From contig DASWFF010000132.1 of NCBI GenBank assembly GCA_036394375.1, positions 210,333 to 274,332 of the forward strand: a DNA stretch of 64,000 nt, read 5' to 3'. The notes beneath the pieces are model-generated. The model saw only the letters and a program-made list of their open reading frames with translations, was not told the DNA's origin and made no database searches. This DNA is from Puia sp. (GTDB lineage: Bacteria; Bacteroidota; Bacteroidia; Chitinophagales; Chitinophagaceae). Shown here piece after piece: positions 19,192 through 28,011 of the stretch (position 1 is its first letter; each line of letters opens with the position of its first letter). The position numbers and the translations under genes were made by a program.

Positions 19192-19224
19192 ACCCCTCTG
19201 CCTAAACCGGCGGAGGGGTTTTTT
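19192..19224 (+). terminator. Rho-independent terminator after the ppiD-like gene
   Basis: ACCCCTCTGCC / GGCGGAGGGGT stem (one G-T pair) followed by TTTTTT. Confidence 0.8.
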
Positions 19225-19264
19225 AATTTCCCTTGTCGTACCTTTATAGGATCAATGTAAGTAT

Positions 19265-19804
19265 ATGAGTGAAGAGATCATCAATAAGGTAGCGCAGAGC
19301 GCGCTGATTACGCTCGACCTGGAAGAATACTATCCAAAAGAAGAAATCGTGCTGTTCGACCTGAAACCTCTTTTGTTCAGGGAAATGATCCTCAGGGAAA
19401 AAGAATTCAGGGCCGCATTACAAGATACGGACTGGACACAATACCAGGATAAAATTGTCGCTGTCACCTGCACAACGGATGCTATTATTCCCCTTTGGGC
19501 TTATATGCTGGTGGCTGTGTATTTACAACCGCTTGCAAAAGACATTATACTGGGCGATGAGCAAAGGGCCCTGCAGCAAACTTTTCTGGGGAAAATAGCG
19601 GCGATAGATATACAGGAGTTTGCCGATAAACGGGTGGTGGTAAAAGGATGCGGCGATCTGCCTGTCGGGGCCTTTGCCTATATGGAAATTACCCGGAGAC
19701 TGAGGCCGGTGGTAAAAAGCATTATGTACGGAGAACCTTGCAGCACGGTGCCCGTGTATAAAAAGCCGCAAGCAGCCGGCTCCAGGCCGCAAGCCGGGGA
19801 GTAA
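19265..19804 (+). CDS. DUF2480-like protein
   Basis: The N-terminus MSEEIINKVAQSALITLDLEEYYP...LFDLKPLLF...LREKEFR resembles the Bacteroidota DUF2480 family. Assignment is from memory of the family pattern only. Confidence 0.5.
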   Translation: MSEEIINKVAQSALITLDLEEYYPKEEIVLFDLKPLLFREMILREKEFRAALQDTDWTQYQDKIVAVTCTTDAIIPLWAYMLVAVYLQPLAKDIILGDEQRALQQTFLGKIAAIDIQEFADKRVVVKGCGDLPVGAFAYMEITRRLRPVVKSIMYGEPCSTVPVYKKPQAAGSRPQAGE

Positions 19805-19821
19805 TGTGCCGGAGTGGCGCT

Positions 19822-21189
19822 CTACAGCAAAGTCCCCTGCATAATAATATAAGCGACGGTGAAATAAATGATCAGCCCCGTCACATCCACCAGGGTTGCG
19901 ACAAAAGGAGCGGAAGAGGCAGCAGGATCCGCCCCCAGCCTCTTCAATATCAGGGGCAACATGCTGCCTGACATCGTTCCCCACATCACTACTCCGATCA
20001 GGGAAAAAAATACGGTGCTGGCTACTTTCAGCCAGTGTACTCCGTAGTTGTATAAATGAAATTCCTGCCAGATAAAGACACGGAGGAAACCCACTATTCC
20101 AAGGATGGTGCCCAGGACCAGGCCGGAGAGAACTTCCCGCCGTATGACCCGCCACCAATCCCGGAAGCTGATCTCACCCAGGGCCATGGCGCGGATGATG
20201 ATGGAAGAAGCCTGGCTGCCGGAGTTACCGCCGCTGGAAATAATAAGCGGGATAAAAAGCGCCAGGACCACGGCTTTGCTGATCTCTCCTTCAAAATGTC
20301 CCATGGCCGTGGCCGTCAACATTTCCCCGAGGAATAAAATGATCAGCCAGCCGGCGCGCTTGCGGACCAGGCTGAAAAAGGAAATCGTAGTATAGGGTTC
20401 ATCCAGCGCTTCGGAACCCCCGATCTTCTGTATTTCCCGGGTACTGTCCGATTCTGCCAGCCGCAGTACATCATCCAGTGTGACCACGCCGAGCAGGATC
20501 CCGTTATCATCGATGACAGGTAAGGCAAAACGGCTGTTATTGCGGAAGACTTTGACCGCTGAACTCTGGGCATCGTTCACTTTTAGGGCGATGAACTGGT
20601 AGTCCATGATCTGGGCCACGCTGGTGCCCGGGTCCACCACTAAAAAATCCTTGATATTGATATCGTCGATAAGAACACCCTTTTCATCTGTTACAAAAAG
20701 CCAATTCAGGTTCTCCGTCGCCTTCCCGTGCTGCCGGATAATATTCAGCACGTCCTGGCAGGTCTCACTCGTTTTTATGGATACATAGTCCGGCGTCATC
20801 AATCTTCCGACGGATCCCTCTTCATAACCCAGCAATTCCAGGGTCTTGGCGCGATGCTCCGGCGTGAGCACTTTCAGTAACTCTTTTACGGCACTGCCGG
20901 AAAGTTCGGAAAGGAAGGCAGTCCGGTCATCGGGTTGCAGGGCATTCAGCAATTCGGCTGCTTTTTCTTCCGGGAGAGCCTTGATGATAGCCTCCTGTTT
21001 TTTTCTCCGGAGAAATTTGAAAGCCCGGGCGGCGCTCTTGGTATCGAGGTGCTGGAACAATTTCCCGGCCCATTGGCTATAACGGTTGGTGAAATCCGCG
21101 ATATCACGGGGAGTGAGTTTGTTTAGTTTTACAAACTCCGTGATGCGGTTGTGCTGCAGCAGATTTTTGATATCATTCAGGTTGAGCAT
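19822..21189 (-). CDS. mgtE: Magnesium transporter MgtE
   Basis: MgtE N-domain, tandem CBS domains (LMTPDYVSI..., LPVIDDNGILLGVVTLDDVL) and a C-terminal 5-TM domain (IPLIISSGGNSGSQ, DPAASSAPFVATLVDVTGL). Confidence 0.93.
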   Translation of the reverse strand: MLNLNDIKNLLQHNRITEFVKLNKLTPRDIADFTNRYSQWAGKLFQHLDTKSAARAFKFLRRKKQEAIIKALPEEKAAELLNALQPDDRTAFLSELSGSAVKELLKVLTPEHRAKTLELLGYEEGSVGRLMTPDYVSIKTSETCQDVLNIIRQHGKATENLNWLFVTDEKGVLIDDINIKDFLVVDPGTSVAQIMDYQFIALKVNDAQSSAVKVFRNNSRFALPVIDDNGILLGVVTLDDVLRLAESDSTREIQKIGGSEALDEPYTTISFFSLVRKRAGWLIILFLGEMLTATAMGHFEGEISKAVVLALFIPLIISSGGNSGSQASSIIIRAMALGEISFRDWWRVIRREVLSGLVLGTILGIVGFLRVFIWQEFHLYNYGVHWLKVASTVFFSLIGVVMWGTMSGSMLPLILKRLGADPAASSAPFVATLVDVTGLIIYFTVAYIIMQGTLL

Positions 21190-21290
21190 AGTTCAAAAGT
21201 ACATAAAACACCTATTCACACTAAAGGAGGGAATATTAATTCCGGAGGAATTTTATAGGGGTCAAATCATGCAGAATTTTCGGGAAAGCC

Positions 21291-22211
21291 TCAGGGAGAC
21301 AGAACCTGGTCGATACGATGGACGATCAGGGTATTGCCGGCCAGCCGGTTGCCCGAGAGAAAGTTGGCCGGGACCGTATTGGCGGCTCCGGAGAATCGGA
21401 GGATCCCATTTTGCCTGCTCACGGTCAGAGAACCGCCCTGCAGAGTGGGAACCGTATTAAGACCCAGCAGGATATTGGTAAAGTAGTCGGCGGTGAGCGT
21501 ATGGTATTTCACCAACTGGACCAGGGTGGTGGAATCCGCTACGGCAAGAGCCCCGACACTATCGTAGCCGGCTGCTATAAAAGCGCTGTTAACAGGGGCC
21601 AGCAACGTATAGTTGCCGGAGAAAAGAACAGAGTCAAGATTAGTCCGTTGCATCACTTCTGCCATAAAGCTCAGCGTGCTGTCGGAGCCCAGTAAAATGT
21701 CCAGGGAATCGGCCGGGGAGGGCAGGGGGGCGTTGAGCCGGTATACCAACACGTTACCAACGAGGATAGAATCGCCCATAACGGAACTGCCGTTGAACCA
21801 GCGAATATGAGCGCTGTCAGTCATCCCATAAACGTTCGTACCCCGCAGGGTGCGGTATCCCGTGTAAGTATTGGCGTCCGGAATTACCCGGGACTGCATA
21901 TAATGGTAGCGAATCAGGTTATCCGCAAGAGAAGTGCTGAGGGAATCGATCACTCCTACCGAATAACCGGCGGAACGGAAGGCCGTATTGGTCGGGATCA
22001 GCACGGTGACGGAATCGTTACCGATCAGGCCGGCATCATTGGCCTGGAGCACCATCCGGTGATAAAAAGAAAGACTGGTGTCCGTATTGATAAGCGTCTG
22101 GAACGGAGTGATCCGATTTTTTACCGGAGAGGCTGTTTTTTTACAGGAAGCGAGGCTGAGAAAAAGAAGGATCGCCAGGCATCCCATCCCGTAAAAAAAT
22201 GGACTTCTCAT
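21291..22211 (-). CDS. Fasciclin (FAS1) domain lipoprotein, two FAS1 repeats
   Basis: Lipobox LSLASC. FAS1 signatures TVLIPTNTAF and TLLAPVNSAF, plus the terminal IVHRIDQVL. Confidence 0.85.
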   Translation of the reverse strand: MRSPFFYGMGCLAILLFLSLASCKKTASPVKNRITPFQTLINTDTSLSFYHRMVLQANDAGLIGNDSVTVLIPTNTAFRSAGYSVGVIDSLSTSLADNLIRYHYMQSRVIPDANTYTGYRTLRGTNVYGMTDSAHIRWFNGSSVMGDSILVGNVLVYRLNAPLPSPADSLDILLGSDSTLSFMAEVMQRTNLDSVLFSGNYTLLAPVNSAFIAAGYDSVGALAVADSTTLVQLVKYHTLTADYFTNILLGLNTVPTLQGGSLTVSRQNGILRFSGAANTVPANFLSGNRLAGNTLIVHRIDQVLSP

Positions 22212-22228
22212 CAGTAAAAGATTTTATG

Positions 22229-23302
22229 TTATAGCCGCTCGTATAAAGCTCTCAATCTATCCCGGGTCATTATCTTCTCCCAATCCGCTCCCAGGGCGTT
22301 TTCCCACAAGGGTTTCATAACAAGACTAACGTCAATCATGGCGTTGAATTGTTCATCAGAGAGCCCTTTGGTGATGTGTTGGGGAATATCGATCTTATTT
22401 TTCTCTACCATCTTTTTGAACTCGTAGACGCCATCCGGGTAAAACTCTTCCAGTTTGTCGAATACGATGCAGTTGCCCACGCCGTGTTTAGTGCCCAGAA
22501 GATAGGCCAGGCCGTAACTTACTGCATGGGCTACTCCTACCTGGGAATAGGCGATGCTCATCCCGCCGGCATAGGAAGCCATCATCAGCTGGTCGTCACT
22601 GGCCTCATCCCATCCTGTTTTACGGACGAATACTTCCTGGCATAGTTCCAGCGCTTTTTCGCCATAAGATTTGCTGAACTCGTTGAGATAGGTGCCCTGC
22701 AGGCTCTCGATGCAATGGATATAACAATCCATGCCGGTATAGAATCGTTGGTTGACCGGCGCACCCGCCGTCAGTTCCGGGTCCAGGACGATCTGGTCGA
22801 AGGGGGTGAAGTCCGAGTTCATCCCCAGTTTTTTCGTAGGGCCTGTCAGGACCGTTGTTCGGGAGACCTCGGCTCCTGTTCCGCTGAGGGTGGGAATCCC
22901 GGCTTTATAAACGCCGGGAAGTTTTACCAGGTCCCAGCCCTGGTAATCGGCAGAAGAGCCTGGGTTAGTCATCATCAGAGAGACGGCTTTGGCCAGGTCC
23001 ATTGCCGAGCCGCCGCCAATGCCGATGATCCCGCTGACGGTGCCGAACTCCTGTTTGAGGTCTCCGGCCAGTTTGTCGACATAGGTGGTTTTGGGTTCAT
23101 AGCTTACATCTACGAGGATGATCTTGTCTTTGCTCCGTAGCGGTATCCGGCTGACCAATGGGGTATTTTCGAAGAAATGATCCAGTAAAAAGATAATGGG
23201 AGCGTCCCCTTTTCGCCGGGGAGCTAAAATTTCATCGAGCTGATTAAAACTTCCCCGGCCATAGACTACATAATCCACCATTTTAAAATTCCGGAATTTC
23301 AT
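22229..23302 (-). CDS. Iron-containing alcohol dehydrogenase family protein (possibly KdnB-like sugar-acid oxidase)
   Basis: GIGGGSAMDLAKA nucleotide-binding motif and metal-ligand His region (CYIHCIESL, GVAHAVSYG). The KdnB-like suggestion rests only on size and proximity to kdsB. Confidence 0.75.
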   Translation of the reverse strand: MKFRNFKMVDYVVYGRGSFNQLDEILAPRRKGDAPIIFLLDHFFENTPLVSRIPLRSKDKIILVDVSYEPKTTYVDKLAGDLKQEFGTVSGIIGIGGGSAMDLAKAVSLMMTNPGSSADYQGWDLVKLPGVYKAGIPTLSGTGAEVSRTTVLTGPTKKLGMNSDFTPFDQIVLDPELTAGAPVNQRFYTGMDCYIHCIESLQGTYLNEFSKSYGEKALELCQEVFVRKTGWDEASDDQLMMASYAGGMSIAYSQVGVAHAVSYGLAYLLGTKHGVGNCIVFDKLEEFYPDGVYEFKKMVEKNKIDIPQHITKGLSDEQFNAMIDVSLVMKPLWENALGADWEKIMTRDRLRALYERL

Positions 23303-23416
23303 AAGGAGACCTCCTGGTCACCCGTTGTTAAAACGGGAACAACCATCTTTTTTAGTATTAATAATAAAATGAGTGGTAAAATTAGCAATATTTGAATTCC
23401 CGCAAAGATTTTTGAA

Positions 23417-24328
23417 TCAAACCACCAACGCGGCGGCGCCAAAAACCCCGGCGCTATCCCCCAGACGTGGTTTCAGCAGAAGGGTCTCTACCCGGTTGTT
23501 AAAAATGAACTTCCCCAGGTCTTGCAATCCGAGAGAATAAAGCTCATCCGTATTGCCCACACCGCCGCCGATCACGATCACATCCGGGTCCAGCATATTG
23601 GTGATGACAGAAACGCCTTTGCCGAAGAAGTGGCAAAGCCGCCCGATCGTCTGGGTCGCTGCCGCATCGGAGCCAGCCCGGTGCCGGGCTGCAATTTCCT
23701 GTAATTTCAAGGGGTTACCGGTAAGACCGGCATAATATCTCTCCTGGGCCGGGCCGGAAATGACGGTCTCTACGCAGCCGGCCCTGCCGCAATAGCAGGG
23801 GCCCCCGGAATCATCGAGAAAATTATGGCCCCATTCGCCCCCTATGCCATGACGACCATTCCAGATCTTTCCGTCGATCACGATGCCGCCGCCTACGCCC
23901 GTACCCATAATAATACCAAATACCATCCGGGCTCCGGGGGCTTCCTCTTTGACCACTCCCCAATGGGTCTCGGCCAGGGCAAAACAATTAGCGTCATTTG
24001 CCAGCACCACGGGAACCTGTAAAAGAGCTTCCAGGTCTTTGAGAAGGGGCATTCCGTTGAAAGCCGTCGTATTGCTGTTTTTCATGGTCTGCAGGGTTGG
24101 ATCCAGTACGCCGGGAGTGCCGATCCCGATAGAACGGGGCCTGAGGCCGGATTTTTGTTCCAGCTCCTTTACCAGTTTCGCGATTTGCCCCAGGATATGA
24201 CCGTAGCCTTTGGAAGCCTCCGTGTCCACTCTTGTCCGGATAATGGGTGTGGGATTGGCAATGGATTCCAGGATAACGCCTTCGATCTTCGTACCGCCGA
24301 GGTCAATGCCCCATAATGCTTGGTTCAT
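23417..24328 (-). CDS. ROK family sugar kinase
   Basis: N-terminal GIDLGGTKI, ROK signature with zinc motif GEWGHNFLDDSGGPCYCGRAGCVET, and LANDANCFALAE. Confidence 0.88.
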   Translation of the reverse strand: MNQALWGIDLGGTKIEGVILESIANPTPIIRTRVDTEASKGYGHILGQIAKLVKELEQKSGLRPRSIGIGTPGVLDPTLQTMKNSNTTAFNGMPLLKDLEALLQVPVVLANDANCFALAETHWGVVKEEAPGARMVFGIIMGTGVGGGIVIDGKIWNGRHGIGGEWGHNFLDDSGGPCYCGRAGCVETVISGPAQERYYAGLTGNPLKLQEIAARHRAGSDAAATQTIGRLCHFFGKGVSVITNMLDPDVIVIGGGVGNTDELYSLGLQDLGKFIFNNRVETLLLKPRLGDSAGVFGAAALVV

Positions 24329-24481
24329 GTGGGAGAATATAGACTTGATCTGATTAAATTTGCTTCCCCGCAGGACACTTTGGGATCAGCGGTCCTGTGG
24401 AGGAAATAAGCAATTAGCGGCTAAATTTAGACAATCCTTCTTTTAGCATTTTGCAAAAGTTGATGAATTCCCGCAAAAAAA

Positions 24482-25207
24482 TTAAAGAAGTTTCGCCGCT
24501 CTTTCCAGATCCTCCGGCGTATCGATCTCCACCCCCATATATTCGGTAACGACCATTTTGATGGGGATGCCATTCTCCAGGTAACGGAGGCATTCTATCT
24601 TTTCTATCGCTTCCAGGGGACTTACCGGCCAGCCGGTAAATTGAAGCAGGGCCTGTTTACGAAAAGCATATACGCCAATGTGTTCATAATAAGTGCGGGC
24701 AGCCTCCTTATCCCGGGGAAATGGGATTACGCTGCGGCTGAAGAACAGGGCATTGTTTTTTTTATCCAGCGCGACTTTGACATAATTGGGGTCATCGATG
24801 AACTTTTGCTCTTTCATGACCTGTACCAGGGACCCAACCTGAACTTGTTGTCCCTCTACGCCTTCAAAAACAGCCAATAATTTTGCAAGGGGGGAACGTT
24901 GAACGAAGGGTTCGTCGCCCTGGACATTTACGACCAGTTCGACGTCCATATCTGCGACGGCTTCTGCAATACGATCGCTTCCGCTCTCATGAGATCTTAT
25001 ACTCATCCTGGCTTTTCCGCCATGGTCGGTGATCTCCCGGTAAATGATCTCACTGTCCGTAACCACCATTACTTCATCGAATAAGCCGGTTGCCAATGTA
25101 TTGTCATAGGTGTGCCGTATCACCGTCTTTTTTCCCAGGACCTGCATCAACTTTGCAGGGAAGCGGGTAGCGGCATAACGGGCCGGGATCATAGCGATTG
25201 TCTTCAT
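24482..25207 (-). CDS. kdsB: 3-deoxy-manno-octulosonate cytidylyltransferase (CMP-Kdo synthetase)
   Basis: MIPARYAATRFPAKLM, VNVQGDEPF, IGVYAFR, LEQLRYLENG-like CLRYLENGIPIK. Confidence 0.93.
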   Translation of the reverse strand: MKTIAMIPARYAATRFPAKLMQVLGKKTVIRHTYDNTLATGLFDEVMVVTDSEIIYREITDHGGKARMSIRSHESGSDRIAEAVADMDVELVVNVQGDEPFVQRSPLAKLLAVFEGVEGQQVQVGSLVQVMKEQKFIDDPNYVKVALDKKNNALFFSRSVIPFPRDKEAARTYYEHIGVYAFRKQALLQFTGWPVSPLEAIEKIECLRYLENGIPIKMVVTEYMGVEIDTPEDLERAAKLL

Positions 25208-25310
25208 CAGGCTCTCTTTTATCTGTAAAAGTAGTTTTTTTGCTTTTAAAAACTGGACGGAGTCCAGTTAGCAGACGAGGCCTTGGCCGAGGTCTGCCGA
25301 CATTAGCAGT

Positions 25311-25352
25311 ATTGCGGCAAAAAATTATATTTCGGCAATTTTTTGCCGCAAT
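25311..25352. repeat. 16-bp perfect inverted repeat ATTGCGGCAAAAAATT / AATTTTTTGCCGCAAT
   Basis: Arms at 25311-25326 and 25337-25352 with a 10-nt loop. It lies in the divergent kdsB / ATP-grasp intergenic region and is flanked by three further hairpins (25250-25268, 25271-25297, 25356-25375). Confidence 0.85.
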
Positions 25353-25484
25353 TCAAATCAACGGGTTGATTTTTTATATATATTTAGTAAACCTAACGTT
25401 CTCTGCCTGCCAACAACTAAAGGATTGCCTTTCCATTACAATCCTTACAGGAAAAATTATTCCCTGCTACCAAAACAACCAACT

Positions 25485-26933
25485 ATGCAAACCAGCGAAC
25501 TGCTTCATAATTATCTTGTTGATTCCAACACCTGGGACGAAATGTACACCAATAGCGCTGTTCGCGGACAATACCAGGGCGTGGTAGACTTTATGCAGCA
25601 GATGAGCATAGAAGAGCTGAATAAAAAAGAGGAGCTGGCGAAAAGACTTTTCATGAGCCAGGGCATTACGTTTACCGTTTATAGCAGCGGGGAGGGGATA
25701 GAAAAGATCTTTCCGTTCGATATCATTCCCCGGATCATTACGGCTGCCGAATGGAAATATATAGAAGAAGGCATCCGGCAAAGGCTGAAAGCTCTGAACC
25801 TTTTCCTGAAAGACGTTTACAATGACCAGTTCATCGTGAAAGACGGCGTTGTCCCGGTGGAAATGGTCTATAGCTGTCCGCATTTTTTACGGGAGATGCA
25901 TGGATTCCATGTACCACACGATATTTATGTACATATAGCCGGCATCGATCTGATCCGTGATCACGACGGAACCTTCTATATCCTGGAAGATAATCTGCGT
26001 ACACCCAGCGGGGTGAGCTATATGCTGGAAAACCGGGAGATCACCAAAAGGATCTTTCCGGACCTTATTCCCAGGAATAATGTGCGGTCTGTAACGGAAT
26101 ACCCGAATATCCTACACCGGAACCTGGTCTCTCTTTCACCCCGGCAGACGGCGAACCCCACCATCGTTTTATTGACGCCCGGTATTTATAATTCCGCTTA
26201 TTTCGAGCATACGACCCTGGCCCGGTTGATGGGAGTGGAACTGGTAGAGGGAAGAGACCTGGTCATCGATAACCACCGGGTATATATGAAGACGACTTCC
26301 GGGCTTCAGCAGGTGGATGTGATCTACCGGCGGGTAGACGATGAATTCCTGGATCCGCTGGTCTTTAACCCTGACAGTATGCTGGGGGTGGCAGGTATTA
26401 TGAGCGCCTATCGTAAAGGGAATGTTGCCATCGTGAATGCCATCGGAAATGGGGTGGCGGATGACAAAGCCATTTATACCTATGTGCCTGCCATGATCCG
26501 TTATTATCTGAATGAGGAGCCGATCCTGAAAAATGTGCCGACCTATCAGCTGGGGAATCCGGATGAGCGGGAACATGTTTTCGGCAATATGAATAATATG
26601 GTAATTAAGAAGACCAATGAGAGCGGGGGTTATGGCATGCTGATGGGCCATACTGCCAGTGATGAAGAGATCGCCCGGTACCGGGAGGCCATCCTGAAGG
26701 ACCCCCGGCAATATATCGCTCAGCCGATCATTAACCTGTCTTCAGCACCCTGCTATATGAATGGCAAATTAAAGCCCCGCCGGATAGACCTGCGACCCTA
26801 TGCACTTTGTGGTCCGGGAGGCATCCAGATCGTGCCCGGCGGACTAACGAGAGTAGCCCTTCGGGAAGGTTCGCTGGTCGTGAATTCTTCACAGGGCGGC
26901 GGGAGTAAAGACACCTGGGTATTGGCAGGGTAG
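25485..26933 (+). CDS. Circularly permuted type 2 ATP-grasp protein
   Basis: I prefer the ATG at 25485 (MQTSELLHNY...) over the longer ORF start at 25425. Blocks GITFTVY...IFPFDIIPRII, HIAGIDLIRDHDGTFYILEDNLRTPSGVSY and GGYGMLMG match the COG2308-type family. Confidence 0.85.
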   Translation: MQTSELLHNYLVDSNTWDEMYTNSAVRGQYQGVVDFMQQMSIEELNKKEELAKRLFMSQGITFTVYSSGEGIEKIFPFDIIPRIITAAEWKYIEEGIRQRLKALNLFLKDVYNDQFIVKDGVVPVEMVYSCPHFLREMHGFHVPHDIYVHIAGIDLIRDHDGTFYILEDNLRTPSGVSYMLENREITKRIFPDLIPRNNVRSVTEYPNILHRNLVSLSPRQTANPTIVLLTPGIYNSAYFEHTTLARLMGVELVEGRDLVIDNHRVYMKTTSGLQQVDVIYRRVDDEFLDPLVFNPDSMLGVAGIMSAYRKGNVAIVNAIGNGVADDKAIYTYVPAMIRYYLNEEPILKNVPTYQLGNPDEREHVFGNMNNMVIKKTNESGGYGMLMGHTASDEEIARYREAILKDPRQYIAQPIINLSSAPCYMNGKLKPRRIDLRPYALCGPGGIQIVPGGLTRVALREGSLVVNSSQGGGSKDTWVLAG

Positions 26934-26992
26934 AACCCATCGGGTATTGTCGGAAGAAGGGAATTATTTAAATTCAAAATCATTTACAAAGA

Positions 26993-27925
26993 ATGCTAAG
27001 CCGGGTTGCCGACAGTTTATATTGGATGAGCCGTTATATGGAAAGAGCGGATGGGATTCTGCGAATGCTCAAGATCAATTATGCCTCTTCGCAGGACGAT
27101 TTTCAGGAATTTTCCTGGAAGCCCGTCCTGAAGATCTTCACCTACCTCGATGACGAAAAGGCGACAGGTATCGCCCGGGACACCCGGGCCGTACTACAGT
27201 ATATGGTCACGGATCGGGAAAACAGCAATTCCGTCCTGAGTATCATCACCCGGGCCCGGGAAAATGCCAGGAGCGTGCAGGACCATATCACCAAGGAATT
27301 ATGGCAGTGCCTGAATGATTTTTATCATACTATCCGGGATGAGCAGCTGGCAAATGGGTTCCATAAGGATGACCCCGTCACGATCCTGGACATCCTGATC
27401 AAGCAGGGCCTGCTGTATTACGGAACCGCAGATGTCACCATGGCCCGGGGCGAAGGATATGCCTTTCTTAATATCGGTAAATTCCTGGAAAGAGGCGTTC
27501 AGTCGGCAGATATCCTGGATGTAAAATTCAGTGACGTCGACTATGATTTCGCCAAGACGGATACGACCTATTGGAAATACCTGCTTTTGTCGATCTCCGG
27601 GTATGAACTCTACCTGAAGACGTACCGGAGCGCTTTTGACGCAAAAAATGTCGTGGAGCAGATCGTCCTGAACGAGGACTTCCCCCGGTCGGTGATCTAT
27701 TCCATCAATCAGCTCTATCGTTATTTTGAGAGGCTGAGAACCGAACGGAATAAGGAGGGTTATCAGAAGATCGATTTTATGATCGGGAAGATCCGGAGTA
27801 AAGTGAAATATTCCACGGTAGAGTCTATCATGCAGCAAGGGCTCCATGCCTACCTCAATGGGGTAAAAGATGACCTCTATGAGGTAGGGAACGCACTTAA
27901 TCAATATTACTTTGCCTATACGTAA
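26993..27925 (+). CDS. Alpha-E domain-containing protein
   Basis: The N-terminus MLSRVADSLYWMSRYMERADG is the hallmark of the alpha-E (COG2307) family. All-helical, 310 aa. Confidence 0.85.
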   Translation: MLSRVADSLYWMSRYMERADGILRMLKINYASSQDDFQEFSWKPVLKIFTYLDDEKATGIARDTRAVLQYMVTDRENSNSVLSIITRARENARSVQDHITKELWQCLNDFYHTIRDEQLANGFHKDDPVTILDILIKQGLLYYGTADVTMARGEGYAFLNIGKFLERGVQSADILDVKFSDVDYDFAKTDTTYWKYLLLSISGYELYLKTYRSAFDAKNVVEQIVLNEDFPRSVIYSINQLYRYFERLRTERNKEGYQKIDFMIGKIRSKVKYSTVESIMQQGLHAYLNGVKDDLYEVGNALNQYYFAYT

Positions 27926-28011
27926 CCCCATTTCTCTATTTTTGTTCTTTAGCCCGGCATGAAGGGCTAAACAATCAGGGACTTTAACTCTATAATTTAT
28001 TAAACAACCGG

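Noticed and set aside
21190-21290. Possible M-box (Mg2+) riboswitch upstream of mgtE.
   Set aside because: The spacer is only ~100 nt, too short for an M-box. It contains only small overlapping AATTCC/GGAATT hairpins that fit a terminator for the upstream fasciclin gene.
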